A stretch of 64,000 bases of DNA, from assembly GCA_004431415.1 (NCBI GenBank), contig QPMI01000401.1, forward strand, positions 62,001 to 126,000. Reading direction: 5' to 3'. The stretch comes from Cyanophora paradoxa CCMP329 (taxonomy: Eukaryota; Plantae; Glaucophyta). Positions 61,324-64,000 of the stretch are shown here, one piece after another (position 1 is the stretch's first letter; every line of letters begins with the position of its first letter). Below the pieces are notes generated by a model. The model was given only the letters and a program-made list of their open reading frames with translations, was not told the DNA's origin and did not search any database. Position numbers and translations under genes: made by a program.

Positions 61324-63050
61324 CGGAATCAGTTTCGAGCCGCTGAGCTCGTAGTCGCGATCGCGCCTGCTACGGATCGGAACGGCTCGCCCTAGCCTCC
61401 GCACACGGCAGCTTGCTGGGATCCGGGTCTCGCCGCCGGCGAACCACATCCCGCCTCGAAAACCCATCGGTGGCGGTGCTACTGGGGCTGATGGCCCTCA
61501 GGCACTGTTGTTACGTGCACGGCCAGTAATCGTGTCCGGAACGGACTGGCAAGTGCTGTCTCGACAGACCTGGAGAGCCCAGCTACGGCCAGTGCACTCG
61601 TTCTCACTACTCACTAATGCGGCCTTCTAAGGCTTGGGATCGGATCTCATCGGCTGGCTGCGCGCCGTCTAGCGGTCTGGCTACGGCTACGCGCAAACAC
61701 GAACTTCAATATCTGGATCGCTGGAGGATTCGCCGCGAGGCATTTCTCTCCTTCGCGGTCGCGCGGCTCAAGAGTCGGCCATCTGAGCATGCACCCGTGG
61801 CCGTGGCCACCGCTCGACAATTGGCCGACCATGGATTGGAGACTCAAGTCGACAATCGTTAATCACAAATTGTGAATCGAAACAGAGGACGTCGACCGGA
61901 GCACGAGCGAATTTCTACCAACCATCCTGAACAAAACCTATACCTTGCCCCTACCGTCGGCGCCGAGGGTCCCGGGAAGGGATGCCGAGGGCGACGCGCG
62001 CGCTGTGATGAGATGTGTGAGGGCAGATTTCTTTGCCGGCTTTGCCTCAGCCTTGTCCTCTCTTGGAGACGTCGGCCGATCACACTTGCGCTGTCTTGTC
62101 GGGCCAAGTGTGGGTCGGTGGCGTGCTGGCTCCTTGACGACTTTCGTTCCCTTTTCTGGAGCGTGGGCCCTAGAGCTCAGAGGAGTGGTAGAGTGGGGCT
62201 TCGTTGGTGCACGGCCCCAGAAAGGCGTGTAGTCGGCGGCTCACTCTATCGTGCCCCGCTCTTTCGTTGGGCCTGATGGGTGGCCCGGATACCTCCTCGT
62301 GTTTTCTTCCGAGGCGGTGAAACTTCCCATCCGTGCCCCTCTCCTGCGGTGCTCGCCGTACGGAGCGAGTTTTGGGCCAGTCACGGGTTTCAGCCACTAT
62401 GCTTTTCTGCACTTTCGAGCTTTGCCAGGGGTTGCTCAGGTACATGCACTATTCGGGTATCGGATCCTACTACGTCTACTATGATTATTATTTTCTACCT
62501 CGGCTACGTCGACCTATCTACTCCGAGTGGAGCTCCTGTCCTGTCGCCGCCGCGATTTGGGGGACCCGCTGTGCGTGCCGACGGACTAGCAGCTGTCTGC
62601 ATTCCTGCCCCCCGGGCTGTGGCTCAGGTTCCTCGTCTTGGGGCCTGTCGGTGCCCTCGAGCGGCGCACCCATTGGCGGTGTTGGGGACGCCCTCTTGCG
62701 GTTATGCCGACTGAGTCACGGTTTGACTGGCTACGTCGCGCGGACGCGACGTCAGCGGAAGAGGAGTTGTCGCATGGCTAGTTTCCCTAGGCTATGAGAT
62801 GACTTAGCGACTAGAGCTAGTTGGTGCCTGACGCAGTCTAGAGTGCCTTAGCATAGTCTCTTCCTGTAGGCTTGCCTCGCGGTAGCCTACGCTGGCCTGC
62901 CTCTACCTGTCATAGGGGTACAGTGTCAGTAGTCTTCCGGGTACACAGAGAATACACCAGCCTGCACCTACAGCTGCTCCAGCACAGGGAGCCGGCCCCG
63001 CGCTGGACCGCGCGGGCGCCCAATCGGGTGGGAATACTTCCTATCCGACA

Positions 63051-63828
63051 CCTGGAAGGTGCCTGGTCCCGCCCTTCCTTTGTCTTACGCCCTTCCTTTG
63101 TCTCCGACCCCGGCCCTCACTGCGCCTGCGCTTTGAATACGCAGCGGCTCGTGTCCGTGACCACGGCGCGACTGGGCGGGGAGCACAGGATGACCGCTTC
63201 GGCCCTTATGAGACTGGCCTGCTTCTACATTACCACAAAGCGGCCCCAGGAAGCCGAGCCACACGCTCGCGTCTGTCGCTTTTCGTTCAACTTTCTCCCT
63301 AGGCCTCTGCCTCGGCCGACAGCGGCGCACGCAGCGGGCGTGGGAGATCTCGGCGGCCGCGCTCGGGCCGACGAGCCCCGCAGTGGAGGAGGCGCTCGCG
63401 GTACTGGGCAGCCTCTATCGAGCCGCCCCCGACCTCAGCCGCGAGAGGGCCCGGGCCTTCCGCAGGGTGCGGGCGGGCCGTGGCCGGTTGAATAATTAGC
63501 CTCGAGCTTGGGGTGCCCATCGGCGCCGGCCAATCTAACTTGTGCCGAAGATCGAAGCGGAGTGGGTGGCTGCGAACAAACATAACGCGGAGAGCAAGCT
63601 TCTTGTTTCTACAGGATTTGATCTGGTCGATACAGCTGCAGGCGACAAGGTAGCTACAGTCATAGCTTCTCCGCCTCCTCGTGCCGAACCGCTGACTCTG
63701 CGGGTCGACCGAAGAGATACACGGCGGACAACATCATGTCAATGAGCACGGACGGGACGTCAACCCACGTCAACCTTGCCGATCTCAAGGCCCACCTGAG
63801 CGGCCAGTGCACGTGCTCGTCAAACTCA
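63051..63828 (+). repeat. 778-bp direct repeat, copy 2; the host TPR-like gene resumes after it
   Basis: Matches 29568-30345; followed in frame by VCDGCKARIFPVQRQFLPLSK. Confidence 0.95.
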
Positions 63829-64000
63829 GTCTGCGACGGGTGCAAGGCGCGCATCTTTCCTGTGCAGCGACAGTTCCTTCCCCTCAGCAAGACAGACCTT
63901 CCCCCATTGCTCGGCCAGAACAAGGTCCGTCGCTTTTCGGGAACGCCGATGTCCGTGCTTGGCGCACCTTCTGAACGCCGATATCGATGGCCCCTCGCGA

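Noticed and set aside
54576-62800. ORF-track entries in the right flank
   Set aside because: No recognisable domains or consistent exon structure
62713-63045. About 110 stop-free codons when the complement is read without reversing
   Set aside because: Not a biologically readable direction, stops occur just upstream, and this length is plausible by chance at this GC content

Overview
Eukaryotic (protist/algal) chromosomal DNA. From 1 to ~30 kb it is GC-rich and intron-dense, with host genes for a Zn-finger/ankyrin protein, PCID2, a plastid-targeted aspartate-semialdehyde dehydrogenase (its MAFV... transit peptide suggests a glaucophyte- or red-alga-like host; inference), coiled-coil proteins, a PAS/adenylyl cyclase, ALG2 and a TPR-like protein. 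The main feature is an AT-rich island at 32503-54569 made of two related, nested, apparently intact Polinton-like endogenous viruses of ~11 kb each. Outer element A (32503-54569, ~426-bp TIRs, 6-bp TSD CACAAT) encodes a canonical protein-primed PolB. Inner element B (32670-44088, 191-bp TIRs, 6-bp TSD CCGCTA) has inserted inside the left TIR of A and encodes a degenerate PolB-SF1 helicase-HNH fusion instead. Both share a homologous ATPase/MCP/penton/basic-protein module and an rve integrase with a DD38D triad. The pair lies in palindrome-rich non-coding DNA. The whole 32.7-kb block (30346-63050) interrupts the host TPR-like gene and is flanked by a 778-bp direct duplication of that gene. Host gene coordinates are approximate spans including introns. 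Family assignments come from motif recognition by eye, not database searches.
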